Shown here in pieces: positions 24,625-37,862 of a DNA stretch of 64,000 nucleotides (positions are counted from its first letter, which is position 1; the number at the start of each line of letters is the position of its first letter). The notes under the pieces are model-generated. The model did no database searches and had not been told where the DNA came from. It worked only from the letters and a program-made list of their open reading frames with translations. The translations under genes and the position numbers were made by a program. The DNA lies in contig JBDOQK010000018.1 of NCBI GenBank assembly GCA_040437565.1, positions 62,001 through 126,000 on the forward strand, read 5' to 3'. Source of the stretch: Albugo candida (lineage: Eukaryota).

Positions 24625-26733
24625 ATGGAGAGCTTCACACTGAATATCGCCGCGAGTTCGAATGCATCCATTCCGAGACAGAAAAAGCGAAAAACGAGTT
24701 TTCGTGCAAAAAAACGGCAAGCGTTCAAATCGCCGTCTACCAAGCACATAAATTCTAACCCAGAAACGAAGTCAGAATCCCAGCCCGATCTTCTAAGCGA
24801 TGAAACACGCGTCAAAGCGAACGCTAGAGATGAATCGTTCGTCTCTTCCTCGACCGATTCTCCCAAACTTGACATCAAATCCTCCACAGACAATACAGCT
24901 CACGTGTCTGCGTTTGGAACTCGTCGAAATCCGCGTCCCAGAGTGCAGAAAGCGATCGCAACCTCTGTCGTGCAGAATGTTCTCATCGAACCGCAAAGTA
25001 TGAACACAAGCGATCAGATCTTTGCTTCTGAATGCACTTTTGACGCTCTTCATCTCGATCCTCGACTAGTACAGATCCTTGTTTCACCGATAGAAGCCAA
25101 AGGCTTTGCATTCAAACGCCCCACAAAAGTCCAAAAACTGAGTATTTCGCACGTGCTGCAGAAAAAAGATGTGCTTGTGAAAAGCGAAACAGGTTCAGGA
25201 AAGACATTGGCGTATTTGCTTCCCATAATACAAACCCTACAGAGCGTTCAGCCGCGGATTCATCGCATCGACGGCTGTGTCGCACTCATAATCGTACCGA
25301 CCAGAGAATTATGTCTCCAAATTTACGACACATTACAATCACTCCTTCGCTCTTTTGTGAATCTCGTTCCCGGCGTAATCGTCGGCGGAGAGCGTAAGAA
25401 AGCGGAGAAAGCTCGATTGCGCAAAGGAATCTCAATTTTAATCGCAACGCCAGGCCGGTTACTGGATCATTTGACCAACACGCAAGCCTTTCAGTACACA
25501 AAGCTTCAATTTCTCGTGCTGGATGAAGCCGATCGGCTACTGGATCTCGGATTTGGACCGCAAATCAAACAGATCCTCGAGATACTTGGCAAGCAATCGT
25601 CTCGCACACAAAATATCCTGGTATCTGCTACGATCAATAGCAGTGTGCAGCAACTTGCGTCTCTGAGTCTGCAGGATCCGGTGTTTGTCGATGCGGATGA
25701 GTCGAATCAAGGCGATAAAGTCCAAGCATCGGGTGTGTTTGCCACCCCCCAGCAGCTGAAACAATATGCAATCACAGTTCCGGCGAAATTGCGTTTGTGT
25801 GCGCTGAGTTGTTTTCTACGTGAGGAATTGATGCGAACTGAAGAAAGTTTTAAAATTGTTGTCTTTTTCTCCACTTGTGATGCTGTGGATTTTCATTTCA
25901 CGCTTTTCAATTCGTGCGTGTGGCCGGACAAACGGATCGATTACGAGTCGATGAAAGAGATTCAGTCCGTTACAAATGAGTCGAATGATTGCTCGCCGTT
26001 CTTTGGACGGGAAGGGCGTTTATTTCGTCTGCATGGAAATATCGCCCAGCAGGAGCGAACCACAACTTTTCGGGCATTTTGTAAAGCTCCATGCGGTATT
26101 TTGTTTTGCACAGACGTAGCAGCTCGAGGCGTTAATTTACCGACAGTGCATTGGATCGTCCAATATGACCCGCCGACAGAAGCAAGAGACTATGTGCATC
26201 GTATTGGCCGTACTGCTCGAAGTGGAATGTGTGGAAGCAGTCTTTTGTTCCTTCTTCCGTCTGAAGTAGAGTACCTCCCGTATCTCGAGCAGAATGGACT
26301 CCCGAAAATAAACGCGCTCTCTATGGAAAAACTTATTTCTCGAGTTGGTGGGAAATCGTATCGGAATACGGCAACGAACGGTCAAAAACTCTCAAGTGAT
26401 TTACAATTTATGTTTGAGCAAACAGTGGAAAAGCACAGTCATTTGTTCCATATCGCGAGCCAAGCATTTCATTCGTTTATTCGAAGTTATGCTACGCATT
26501 GTGCTGACACGAGAGAGCACATTTTTCAGGTAAGAAAACTTCATTTTGGACATATTGCAAGAAGCTTTGCATTGCGTGAGCCACCAGCATCGACGAAAAT
26601 ACGACAAGCGAGCAAAGATAATGTATCGCATCAAAGCACGCTGGCAAAACGAAAATTGCGTCATGAAAGAGATAACGTGAAGCGGACAAAAGAAAGCTTT
26701 CACTCGCGTGCGCAAACGGCTGAATTTCTATAA
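24625..26733 (+). CDS. DBP7: DEAD-box RNA helicase DBP7/DDX31
   Basis: Motifs SETGSGKT, PTREL, GERKKAEKARLRKG, DEAD, SAT, HRIGRTAR and LHFGHIARSFALREPP. Confidence 0.92.
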   Translation: MESFTLNIAASSNASIPRQKKRKTSFRAKKRQAFKSPSTKHINSNPETKSESQPDLLSDETRVKANARDESFVSSSTDSPKLDIKSSTDNTAHVSAFGTRRNPRPRVQKAIATSVVQNVLIEPQSMNTSDQIFASECTFDALHLDPRLVQILVSPIEAKGFAFKRPTKVQKLSISHVLQKKDVLVKSETGSGKTLAYLLPIIQTLQSVQPRIHRIDGCVALIIVPTRELCLQIYDTLQSLLRSFVNLVPGVIVGGERKKAEKARLRKGISILIATPGRLLDHLTNTQAFQYTKLQFLVLDEADRLLDLGFGPQIKQILEILGKQSSRTQNILVSATINSSVQQLASLSLQDPVFVDADESNQGDKVQASGVFATPQQLKQYAITVPAKLRLCALSCFLREELMRTEESFKIVVFFSTCDAVDFHFTLFNSCVWPDKRIDYESMKEIQSVTNESNDCSPFFGREGRLFRLHGNIAQQERTTTFRAFCKAPCGILFCTDVAARGVNLPTVHWIVQYDPPTEARDYVHRIGRTARSGMCGSSLLFLLPSEVEYLPYLEQNGLPKINALSMEKLISRVGGKSYRNTATNGQKLSSDLQFMFEQTVEKHSHLFHIASQAFHSFIRSYATHCADTREHIFQVRKLHFGHIARSFALREPPASTKIRQASKDNVSHQSTLAKRKLRHERDNVKRTKESFHSRAQTAEFL

Positions 26734-26748
26734 TTCGATCAATAGTTT

Positions 26749-27370
26749 TTAATTTTTTTTGCTTTTTTTCCTATTGCAACTGACAACCAGCGGACTAAGA
26801 ATTTCTATCAAATCGTCTTCAGCTTGCAGCACCTGAGAGCTTTTACCGAATGTGATTTGGGGACAAGGAAGCGCTCTACAGAAGATGTGAGACTCTGTGA
26901 ACCGAATTCATGTCGTCAACGTACCTGACAGCCACTTGTAAGGCAAATGCAGCGCTCCAGCACTGTTGTGCAATGACACGATCGGTGCTTTTGTAGCCAT
27001 TCCGTTTCAAAAAATGCTGCAAGATTTCAGAAGAGCGCTGCGGATCACTACGCTCTATTTCCATTACATAATGGAGCTGATGCAGTTCTCGATCATTTTC
27101 ATCCATGCGCTCCAACCGCTCGATTCTGTAGCACATGCTGTCAGCATCGAATGTCCCGATAACTTGTAAGGTTGATTCGCCAAGCTGTTGAATATACTTT
27201 TCGAGCGCGTTTCGTTGTTTCTCTGTTATGCAAACTTTGTGAAGCATGTCGACACCGTATGTGCATCCTCGTGGTAGTATCTGTGGACCGCGTACGGGTG
27301 CAAGTGTCTGCAAAACTCTCTCAAGGTGTTTGATTGCATCCATCGGCTGCATGCTCTTGCTACCCGCCAT
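26749..27370 (-). CDS. Hypothetical protein (2 exons)
   Basis: A 164-aa ORF continues after a GT-AG intron (~26877-26923) into RALPCPQITFGK..KKSKKN*. Confidence 0.65.
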
Positions 27371-27551
27371 TTTTATAAATAATACATGTTTATCATAGCA
27401 AACAATATATCGCTGCTTACCGTATATACGTTANNNNNNNNNNNNNNNNNNNNNNNNNNNNNNNNNNNNNNNNNNNNNNNNNNNNNNNNNNNNNNNNNNN
27501 NNNNNNNNNNNNNNNNNNNNNNNNNNNNNNNNNCAATTTGTAGCCGAGAAA

Positions 27552-29302
27552 ATGGCGAAATCAATGAATCTTAACGTTGCTAATGGGCTTTCCTCACTTC
27601 TCAAAGACGGATACAAACATTTAGAGGGTGTTAAAGAAGCTACCGCTAAGAATATCGACGCCGTCAAGCAGCTGGCAGCGATCACTCGCTCTTCACTCGG
27701 TCCAAATGGTATGAATAAACTCGTCATCAATCATTTGGACAAGATTCTCGTCACTAGCGACACCGCAACCATTGTAAAGGAGCTGGAGGTCATCCATCCC
27801 GCCGCTAAAATGGTTGTTATGGCCGCAAAAATGCAAGAGAACGACTATGGCGATGGCACCTGCTTAGTGGTCTCTCTGGCAGGAGAACTTTTACAAGAAG
27901 CTTCTTCTTTATTGCGAATGGGACTCCACGCCAGTGAAATTGTCATCGGATACCAGAAAGCGTATGAAAAGTGCTGTCAAGTCTTAGAATCTGTTCCTGT
28001 GGTCCACATTGAAGATGTACGCAATCCCATCGAATTGGAAAAAATGGTCAAAAGCTCGTTGGCATCCAAACAATTTGGGTATGAAGATCTTCTCGCAAAA
28101 CTCGTCGCAGAAGCTTGTTTAAATGTGATGCCATCGGCGCCCAAGAAGCCTAGCATCAATGTCGACAACATACGCGTTAGCAAGCTTCGTGGTGGAAATT
28201 TGATGGATTCACGTGTGATCAAAGGAATGGTGGTTCAACGCAATGCAGAAGGATCGCTGAAAAAAGTTGTGAACGCAAAAGTTGCCGTTTTCGGCTGTGG
28301 GATTGAGATTTCTTCCACAGAGGCGAAAAGCACTGTTTTGATCAAAGACGCAGACGAATTGATGAATTATAACAAAGGCGAAGAAAAACATCTTGAAGAA
28401 TGTATCCAAACAATTGCTGCAAGTGGTGCCAAAGTCGTCATTTCCGGTGGTTCTATCGGAGAAATGGCGCTCCATTTTTTGGAGAAATATGAGCTTTTAG
28501 CGTTGAAAATTTCTTCCAAATGGGAACTTCGTCGAATTTGTCGTGCTGTCAATGCGACAGCTTTAGTGCGTTTGGGAGCTCCAACCTCAGAGGAAATGGG
28601 ATACTGTGACAGTGTTGCTGTTCAAGAAATCGGTGGAAAAAAAGTGACTGTTTTTGAGCAACACGAGGAAGACGCCAAAATCTCAACAATTGTGTTACGA
28701 GCGAGCACAGACAACGTATTGGACGACGTCGAACGGGCTATCGGTACATTCCGTCCAGTTGCTTGTTGACGATAGATTTGACTGTAAGCTGTTGTAGATG
28801 ACGGTGTGAATTGCGTGAAAGCTTCTTGCAAAGATGCCCGATTTGTAGCAGGAGCAGGAGCGGCAGAAGTCGAAGTAGCACGTCAAATTCAGGAACTGGG
28901 TGCTTCTACGCCAGGTTTGGATCAATACGCCATCAAGAAATTCGGTCAAGCAATGGAAATTGTGCCTCGTATTTTGGCTGAAAATTCGGGTCAGATGGCC
29001 AATAAAGTGATTTCAAATTTGCATGCAGCCCATGCTGCCGGTCAATTAAGTGCGGGTGTCGATGTGGAGGTACGAAATGCGCTTTCCGTTGTATTTCTCC
29101 ACGCTAACGGTTGTGTTTTGCTTTGTAGAATATGAATCAGACGCTTATTGTGGCAGATGCTCTAAAGAATGGCATTTGGGACCACCTCGCGACTAAACTT
29201 TCAGCGATTCGGTTAGGTACGGATGCAGCTATTACCGTATTACGAGTGGATGAAATCATTATGGCGAAAGCTGCTGGTGGGCCCAAACCTCGCGGCGCGT
29301 AA
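27552..29302 (+). CDS. CCT8: Chaperonin CCT theta subunit (3 exons)
   Basis: SLGPNGMNKLVINHL, GDGT, SKWELRRICRAV and C-terminal DEIIMAKAAGGPKPR. Introns at ~28745-28797 and ~29070-29129. Confidence 0.96.
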
Positions 29303-29445
29303 GCCACTCTGCTCGCAAGGGTGCGTTGCGTGTGAGGCTTCTAGCTAGGTTGCGAGTGATCAGATTACGAATAAGTGTCATTTAAACCAAAATACTGCGC
29401 ATTGTGCTTCATAAGAGGAGTTGTCTCGACAAGAACGCTTTACAT

Positions 29446-29462
29446 TCATTTTGCACAATTTC
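29446..29462 (+). promoter_or_regulatory. Oomycete INR/FPR-like core promoter
   Basis: tcattttgcacaatttc, about 115 bp upstream of the PRP22 ATG. Confidence 0.4.
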
Positions 29463-29561
29463 AGCGCGAAAAGAACCATGCTAAAGTAGAGTCAGCACAC
29501 TATATATCAGTCCCTCATCTGGGGTTCTACGTTAGTTAAGGCACAAATTGCATGCGATTAA

Positions 29562-32500
29562 ATGGAAGCGCTGAAAGAGCTCAGTGTTATCTCAAAAGTA
29601 TGCGCAGAACTCGAGAATCACTTGGGTATGGGAGACAAGACTCTAGCAGAGTTTATAATACATTTAGTTCGTCAGAATTCAACATGTAGCTCCTTCCTTA
29701 CGCAATTGGAAGCCCAAGATATTCCATTATCCTCATCACTCGCCGAAAGTTTGTATCGGATTGTGATGGCAATGGCACCTCCAAAACCGCCCAAAAACTC
29801 GGAAAAAAAAGAAAAGTCCATACCGTCGGATACGCAGCTCACTAAAGACGATATTGCAGGCGTATCAATCGAACAGAACGACTCGGAAACCCCGTCTGAG
29901 AGACCTCCCCGAGATTTTGAAACTCGTGCCCGTCACAAATANNNNNNNNNNNNNNNNNNNNNNNNNNNNNNNNNNNNNNNNNNNNNNNNNNNNNNNNNNN
30001 NNNNNNNNNNNNNNNNNNNNNNNNNNNNNNNNNNNNNNNNNGTGATGGCAATGGCACCTCCAAAACCGCCCAAAAACTCGGAAAAAAAAGAAAAGTCCAT
30101 ACCGTCGGATACGCAGCTCACTAAAGACGATATTGCAGGCGTATCAATCGAACAGAACGACTCGGAAACCCCGTCTGAGAGACCTCCCCGAGATTTTGAA
30201 ACTCGTGCCCGTCACAAATATTCTCGCTCTAAAAATCGCTCAAGATCGAGATCGAGATCACAAAGACGCACAAGACGAAATCGATCCGCAGAACACGACG
30301 AATTTGGACGTCAAAAGCGCTCAAATTTGACTTTGTCTCTCAAAGTATATGGCGTGTACAGTGGCAAAGTAAGTAGAATCATGGAACGTGGTGTATTTGT
30401 GGAATTTGACATTAGAAATGGACGAAAAGAAGGTTTGGTTCATGTTAGTAATCTTACTGGAAATCGCAATTTAGAGCATCCGAAAGAAATCGTACGTGTG
30501 GGACAACCCGTTAAAGTGAAAGTGATATCGATTTCTGGTTCGAAAATACTGTTATCAATGCGCGATATCGACCAAAAGACAGGAGAAGATCTGCTTCCCC
30601 AGCGATCTAATCATGGATTCGATGACGCCAAGCTCGCTGCTAGAACCACAGCCGATCTTCGAACTTGGTTGAATCCGTCGGCGCCTGGAAATCATCAAAG
30701 ATCACAGAACGGACAAATGATGTATGACGCCGAGAACAATAATGATGATTCAGAGAGTAAACCACAACGTGCATCCAAACGCATGTCGTCGCCAGAGAGA
30801 TGGGAAGCCAGACAATTGATCAATTCCGGTGTGTTGTCGGTGGAGGATTATCCGAACTTTGATGCCGCGCACGGATTACTGAATGTGGAAGAGACCGAAG
30901 AAGATTTTGAAGTTGAATTGAATGAAGATGAGCCGGTATTTCTTCGTGGGCAATCAAAATTGAGTCGAGAATTATCACCCGTCAAAATCATCAAGAATCC
31001 CGATGGTTCCATGCAACGTGCTGCAATGACTCAATCGAATTTGGCAAAAGAGCGTCGAGAACTTCGACAAACGCAAGCAAACCAATTGATCGATTCCATT
31101 CCCAAAGATCTGAATCGTCCGTGGCAAGATCCGATACCGGAAGCAGGAGAACGTCATTTCGCACAAGAGCTGCGTGGTATCAATATGAGTGCTTCCTCAG
31201 AATTGCCGGAATGGAAACAGAAATCCTTGGGCAAGAATCTATCCTATGGCGTCGTGTCCAATAAATCGATCTTGGATCAGCGACAAAGTCTTCCAGTTTT
31301 CAAACTTAAGCGTCAACTGATGAAAGCCATCGCCGAAAATCAAGTGCTCGTTGTAATTGGGGAAACCGGTTCAGGAAAAACGACACAAATGACGCAGTAC
31401 ATGGCGGAAATGGGACTCACTTCCAAAGGTATCGTCGGCTGTACGCAACCTCGTCGAGTGGCGGGTTCATCTGTTGCAAAGCGGGTTGCTGAAGAGTTTG
31501 GGTGTGAGCTGGGCCAAGAAGTCGGTTACGCGATGCGATTCGAAGACTGCACTTCGCCTTCGACTGTGATCAAGTACATGACCGAAGGAATGCTACTTCG
31601 CGAGTATCTTGCTGATAATTCCTTGTATAAGTATTCCGCTCTCATGCTCGATGAAGCTCACGAACGGACCATCAATACGGATGTTCTGTTCGGTTTGCTC
31701 AAAGATTTGGTGAAAGATCGCTCTGATTTCAAGCTGATTGTGACTTCGGCGACGCTAGATGCTGAGAAGTTTTCACGGTACTTTTTCGATTGTCCGATTT
31801 TCACGATTCCGGGGCGAACTTTTCCAGTGGAAATTCTGTACACAAAAGAGCCTGAAATGGATTATCTGGACGCCTCCCTGCTATGTGTCATGAACATTCA
31901 TCTCCAAGAACCTGAAGGCGATATACTTTTATTTCTGACTGGTCAAGAAGAGATTGATACGGCCAGTGAGATATTGTATCAACGAATGAAATCCTTGCGC
32001 GAGCGCGTTGTGGTTCCTGAGTTGATCATCTTGCCCGTGTATGGAGCTCTTCCATCTGAAATGCAATCTCGAATATTCCAACCGGCTCCCAAAGGCTCGA
32101 GAAAGTGTGTGATTGCCACGAATATCGCCGAAGCTTCTCTTACGATTGACGGCATTTATTACGTGGTGGATCCTGGATTCTGCAAGCAAAATGTCTTCAA
32201 TTCCAAAATCGGTATGGACTCTCTAGTGGTTGTTCCATGCTCTCAAGCTTCTGCTCGACAACGAGCCGGACGTGCGGGACGAACGGGTCCTGGAAAATGT
32301 TATCGACTGTACACAGAAAACGCATATCGGAATGAAATGCTCTCAACAACCATTCCGGAGATCCAACGCGCCAACTTGAGTTCTGTGGTCTTGCAACTCA
32401 AAGCGATGGGCATCAACGATCTGATCAAGTTTGATTTCATGGATCCTCCACCACAGCAAGCGTTGATCATGGCTTTGGAAAATCTGTACGCGCTTGGTGC

Positions 32501-33519
32501 GTTGGACGAAGAAGGGTTGCTGACGCGNNNNNNNNNNNNNNNNNNNNNNNNNNNNNNNNNNNNNNNNNNNNNNNNNNNNNNNNNNNNNNNNNNNNNNNNN
32601 NNNNNNNNNNNNNNNNNNNNNNNNNNNCATTCCGGAGATCCAACGCGCCAACTTGAGTTCTGTGGTCTTGCAACTCAAAGCGATGGGCATCAACGATCTG
32701 ATCAAGTTTGATTTCATGGATCCTCCACCACAGCAAGCGTTGATCATGGCTTTGGAAAATCTGTACGCGCTTGGTGCGTTGGACGAAGAAGGGTTGCTGA
32801 CGCGTTTGGGCAAGAAAATGGCCGAGTTTCCAGTCGAGCCAAAGAACGCCAAAGTGTTATTGACATCGGTTGTATTGGGCTGTACAGAAGAAGTTTTGAC
32901 CATTGTGGCGATGTTATCGGTGGAGAATGTCTTTTATCGTCCAAAAGAAAAACAAGGTCAAGCTGATCAGCGAAAGGCGAAATTCCACCAAGCCGAAGGC
33001 GATCATTTGACGTTATTGTGTGTGTACCAAGCGTGGGAGCAATCCAGATTTTCCAATGCATGGTGCTACGAGAACTTTATCCAAGCACGAGCGATACGAA
33101 GGGCTCAGGACGTTCGTAAACAGCTTCTTTCCATTTTGGATCGATACAAAATGGATGTGGTTTCTTGTGGGAAGAACTTTAATAAAATCCGACGAGCGAT
33201 TGTATCGGGATACTTTGTGAATACCGCAAAGAAAGATCCACAAGAAGGCTTCCGTACTATGGTGGAAGGACAGCCAGTATACATCCATCCTTCCAGCGCT
33301 CTGTATAATAAAAGTCCACAGTGGGTGTTGTATCATGAACTGGTGCTGACAACCAAGGAATACATGCGGAATGTGATGTCCATTGAGCCTAAGTGGCTAG
33401 TGGAATTAGCTCCTGCTTTCTTCAAGAAAGGTGATCCAACGAAATTGTCGAAACGGAAGCGAAACGAGAAAATTGAGCCGCTGTTTGATCGGTTTAATCC
33501 GCCAGACGCATGGCGACTT
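29562..33519 (+). CDS. DHX8: Pre-mRNA splicing DEAH helicase PRP22/DHX8 (broken by two gap-associated artefactual duplications; last codons in a gap)
   Basis: [16 protein letters not shown], an RS tract, S1 domain, [29 protein letters not shown] and C-terminal [13 protein letters not shown]. Confidence 0.95.
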
Positions 33520-33709
33520 NNNNNNNNNNNNNNNNNNNNNNNNNNNNNNNNNNNNNNNNNNNNNNNNNNNNNNNNNNNNNNNNNNNNNNNNNNNNNNNNN
33601 NNNNNNNNNNNNNNNNNNNGATAAACTGTCACAGGAAATTAGGTAATCCAATACATAAATAAAAAGGGTAGTTGGTGTACCGTGACACTCGATTGAATTC
33701 AGTGATTGT

Positions 33710-34765
33710 ATGATGGACAAATTACGAGGAAATGTTGTGGTTTTTGCGCACGGAAATGATATAGGCGCTGCTGACGTTGAAGGATTGAAAAAACAGTTTC
33801 CAGGAATTGAACACGTTGAGCTAATTTGTGTGGAGAAAGACTCTGATCTGCTGCAAGTATCGACCATACAACTTGCACGAACTCCATTTGATGCGATTCT
33901 GACGTGGAACGAGGAAGTTACATTGCTTTCCAAACAATTGCATGCAGTTCATCAACTTTTGAATCCAGATGGGATATTGCGTCTTTGGACCACTGCCGAA
34001 AAGGTGTAAAATCGCGATTCTGTGTGTGATGAGATCATTAAAATTGCTCCATGATAGAGTTCCGCTTTGATGGCGCTCATGATTGGAGGCTTTGTTGATG
34101 TACAAGAGATTCCCGGGGATGACATCGGATTCACACCGTATAGAGCGGACGACGTAGGCATACTGCAATGCTTTACTGCACGTAGACCTCAATTCACTGC
34201 CGGCGAAAGTGTGCAATTGCCTCAACAGGGCAAGAAAACAACGACGATACCGCGCTCTATTAAAAAGTATATGAGATATCTTCGCCTATTTGGTCATTCT
34301 CAAGCGTTGAGGAATGTTTTTGTAGATGGAAACTCACAGAAGAGGACGATGAATTCATTGACGAAGATAGTTTACTGGACAACACGGAAGAAGTACGAAA
34401 AGCAGCAAAAAATGATTGTGGAGTCAGCGCAAACGGAAAACGACGAGCATGTAAGAATTGCACGTGCGGGTAAGTACATCTATAGTCATATATATCGACA
34501 TCCATCGCATCTCTGATAATCGCATTTAGACGGGCGGAAACGGAAATTGCATCCGGCCCAGTAGTCTCAGATCAAGAGTTGTCTCAAATGGTTTCAAGTT
34601 GTGGCAATGTAAGCTTTTCCTTATTACGAAACAGTCTAATTGCGCTTGCAGTGTTTTAAAGGTGATGCATTCCGATGTGGCGGTTGTCCATTCCTTGGGA
34701 AACCGGCATTTAAGCCTGGGATGGAAAAAGTCGTTTTGAACTTGGACAGCTCCAATGATATCTAG
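33710..34765 (+). CDS. DRE2: Anamorsin/Dre2 Fe-S assembly protein (multi-exon)
   Basis: Spliced [29 protein letters not shown] and [28 protein letters not shown]. Confidence 0.92.
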
Positions 34766-34999
34766 CGCGACAGGGTCTTTCGAGATCAAATGTATGCGAA
34801 AGGCAGACATCTAAAAAAATCAAACTCCGTATAGCTACACACAAGTGTGACAGATAATTGCGTTGACAGCTATTCATAAACACGTCATAGTACAAACGCA
34901 TTTTTCACTTGTGTCTCCTTTCGCAAGGCGTAGGTACCCTACCGCACAGTGTATTTCACTAAGTACCTTCTCCGACTCTATACCACTCTCTTCAAAAAT

Positions 35000-35016
35000 T
35001 CACTTTCCAATTCTCC
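35000..35016 (+). promoter_or_regulatory. Oomycete INR/FPR-like core promoter
   Basis: tcactttccaattctcc, 40 bp upstream of ATG 35041. Confidence 0.45.
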
Positions 35017-35040
35017 TCGTTACTTCTCTATCAAATACTT

Positions 35041-37596
35041 ATGGATTCTCCATCGTGCTCGGGTTTATCTGATTCAAGTCAAAGTAGAGATGATTCGCTC
35101 GACATGTCGTCTTCACGAGGGTCACAAGACCAACAACCCACACACGATATGTTTGGAGGTATTGCCTGTGTTGTGACTTTGTACTTCGTAATTTCATTGA
35201 CTTTTTGTAGATTGGAACTTGAACATGGTAATGATGGTGCTTTTAATGCTTCATTTCATGTACAATGCTATGCAGGAATCCACCTGTGGATGCTGAAAAA
35301 CGCATGTAGACATACTTAGATTTCGCGCTCATAGTTACGGGATGCAGCGTAATCTGCCGAACTCTATTATGGATATTGTAGTATAAGATATTCGATTATA
35401 TATGCATAAAGCACTATTCGTATTTTCCACCAACCTGTTATTTCTATGAGCGTGGAAATACCAGCTACTTTTTACAGCAATGTTCGATTTTACGCAGGCA
35501 AAATCGATCAGGAGCGTACTCCATCGGATCAAACGTGGCCATATAGAAATCACCAGTTTATAGACTGCGGTCCACTTTCCGTATCATTCCATTCAGACGT
35601 CAATCGAAGGGGATGCCTACTTCTTCCACGTGACGTATCTAACACAAAACGAGCTGAAAAGAAGACTTATCTCCTACTCCCGTACTCTCAAATGAAACAC
35701 ATTGCGCGTATCAAGTAGGATCGATACATACTAATAACTGTATGAACCCGTTTCTACTTCTAATTAGACTATTTTCAGAAGCGTGTTCGAGCATTTTGCT
35801 ACAGTTTGAATTGCAAGGTCCCCTCAAACATTGCTATTTTGTCTTCCAGCAGCTTCGACACGCTCAAACGTTAACAGGAGATCCATTGGTAGCGTTCATT
35901 TTGAGGTTACATCGAGAAAATCCCACTTGCTCGCTCGACAAACATGCCAAAGATCTTGTGCGAGTATTTGGCGTCGACGCACAAAAACCACCTCATTCAC
36001 TTGCAGAACGCAGAACGATCTCACCGGATGCGTTCTATTCCGTAAGATCCTCTCAGGACAATATTTATGGAGAAAAATGGCAAGAACTTTGCAACAAGCT
36101 CCATTTTTCAATCACGCATTCCCTGCAATGTCAGATCGACGGAAGTGCTCCTGTTTCATCGATATTTTTCCGCCAAAGTGATGCATTCGATTTTGCTGAA
36201 AGAGTTTGTACTTATCGACAAAGAAAGTTAATGGATGCCAAATCGCTCGACGAACAAATCGAATTGATTCCTAAAGTCTTTTCATTTGAGGATCATGACA
36301 CTGGAAGACGTCAATTCCTTGTGACCACACTATCGAAATTCTGGCAGCAGTATCGATCGGTTGGCTCTGATCGCAGACACGTATACGAAATCATCCCAAA
36401 AGATGTCCCATGTCGTTTGTATTTCGATTTGGGTATGTAAATCACTCGTTGATGACTTTCTCACATTCTATTCAGAATTCAGCAAGACATTGAATCCTGG
36501 TGTAAATGGAGACCAACTGGTTCAGCGACTGCTTTCTCTTCTTCGTCTGTACCTCTATGTAAGTGGCACAGCTTCCGAATTCAGATGACTCATTTCAAGT
36601 CAGATAGTGCGATTTTTTCGCTGCTGTAGAGAACACTCATATAATCCAATTGGATTCGTCGACCGAAGAGAAATTCAGTCGTCATTTGGTGGTGAGTGGA
36701 GTCGATGATTTTCCGTCCAAACCTCACTTTTGCCCGTCAAGATTCGGATGCCTCATGACCAGCTCTTTCAAAACAATTTGCATGTTGGTAATGTACGTCT
36801 GCTGTGGCGCTTTATGTGGAAAGTCTTCTGATAAAAGCTGCAGCTTGTGCGTCATTTTGTGCAGAGGTACAACCTTCAGAAAACTTTCTCATTGCGAAAG
36901 AAAAGTCAAGGACAGTATACGGATCATTCTTTGGTCGATCTTGGCGTATACACTCGAAATCGAATGTTTCGTATACTCGGATCGAGTAAATTCGGGAAAT
37001 CGGCGATTTTGCGCTTTCACTCTCATTCAAAATCTGTGGAATCCATCACTCAGCACGAATTTTGCAGCACTTTGGTGTGTCCCGTGCAAAGAGATCATTT
37101 TCATCCATTTTTGCGGTGTGATCGGCGGAGGCATTTTGGCTCCTTACCAACTTATCTGAGTGGAAGAGATTTAACGCGTTCGAATCAAACGACGGATCTG
37201 TACAGTGAGTCGATGTTTCCACACCTGGATGCATTCATACGCTCAATATCGCAGCAAGGAGGAGTGCAAGGCGAAATTCGGATGGTTCAGTGCATCTACG
37301 ACTCCACGTCACAAAATCCGTCCAATTGGCCAAACAAGCTCATTTATCATATGACGCACAATCGATACTGCCATCGTATCCAGCGTTCTCACAAAAGTAA
37401 TAATGTCATGTGGATTGTTGACACATTCCAGCAGTATTACTATCAAAAATGTCACGACCCCGAATGTCATGCCAGCAGCTATGCGTACGTACTCTGATAA
37501 CGTATCACCTCCATATATTAATGTTTTGAATCTCGCAAATTCAACAGATGTCCTTCTCAGCCGTTACCGTGTAATCTATTACGACCTCTGAAATAA
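35041..37596 (+). CDS. PRIMPOL: PrimPol (AEP primase-polymerase with UL52-like zinc finger), multi-exon; 5' exons uncertain
   Basis: HVYEII..PCRLYFDL|EF (DxE), DSSTEEKFSRHL (SxH), VDLGVYTRNRMFR..SSKFGK and RYCHRIQRSHKSNNV..YQKCHDPEC. Confidence 0.92.
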
Positions 37597-37862
37597 ATAC
37601 ATCTCTCATCGAGTGCATCGCATGGTATCCCGCATTCTCATTCAAAGTTGAGCACATTCTCCATCAAATTCTGATCAAATCCGACCACATTTCGGCATAT
37701 CCACCGCACCCACTATATTCAAACGCGCTACTTACCCGTTACAATGCATAACAGTCCATGCTTCCGTTTTAACGGACAGTGGTACTCACTCAGAGACACG
37801 CTTCCATTTACTTGAGCGCGAAGAAGAACACGATCACGGCGTCTCACACTCCACACACGGAA

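Noticed and set aside
32528..32805. Apparent frameshift or split of DHX8
   Set aside because: Caused by the N gap and a repeated ~178-bp segment; the frame is continuous once merged.
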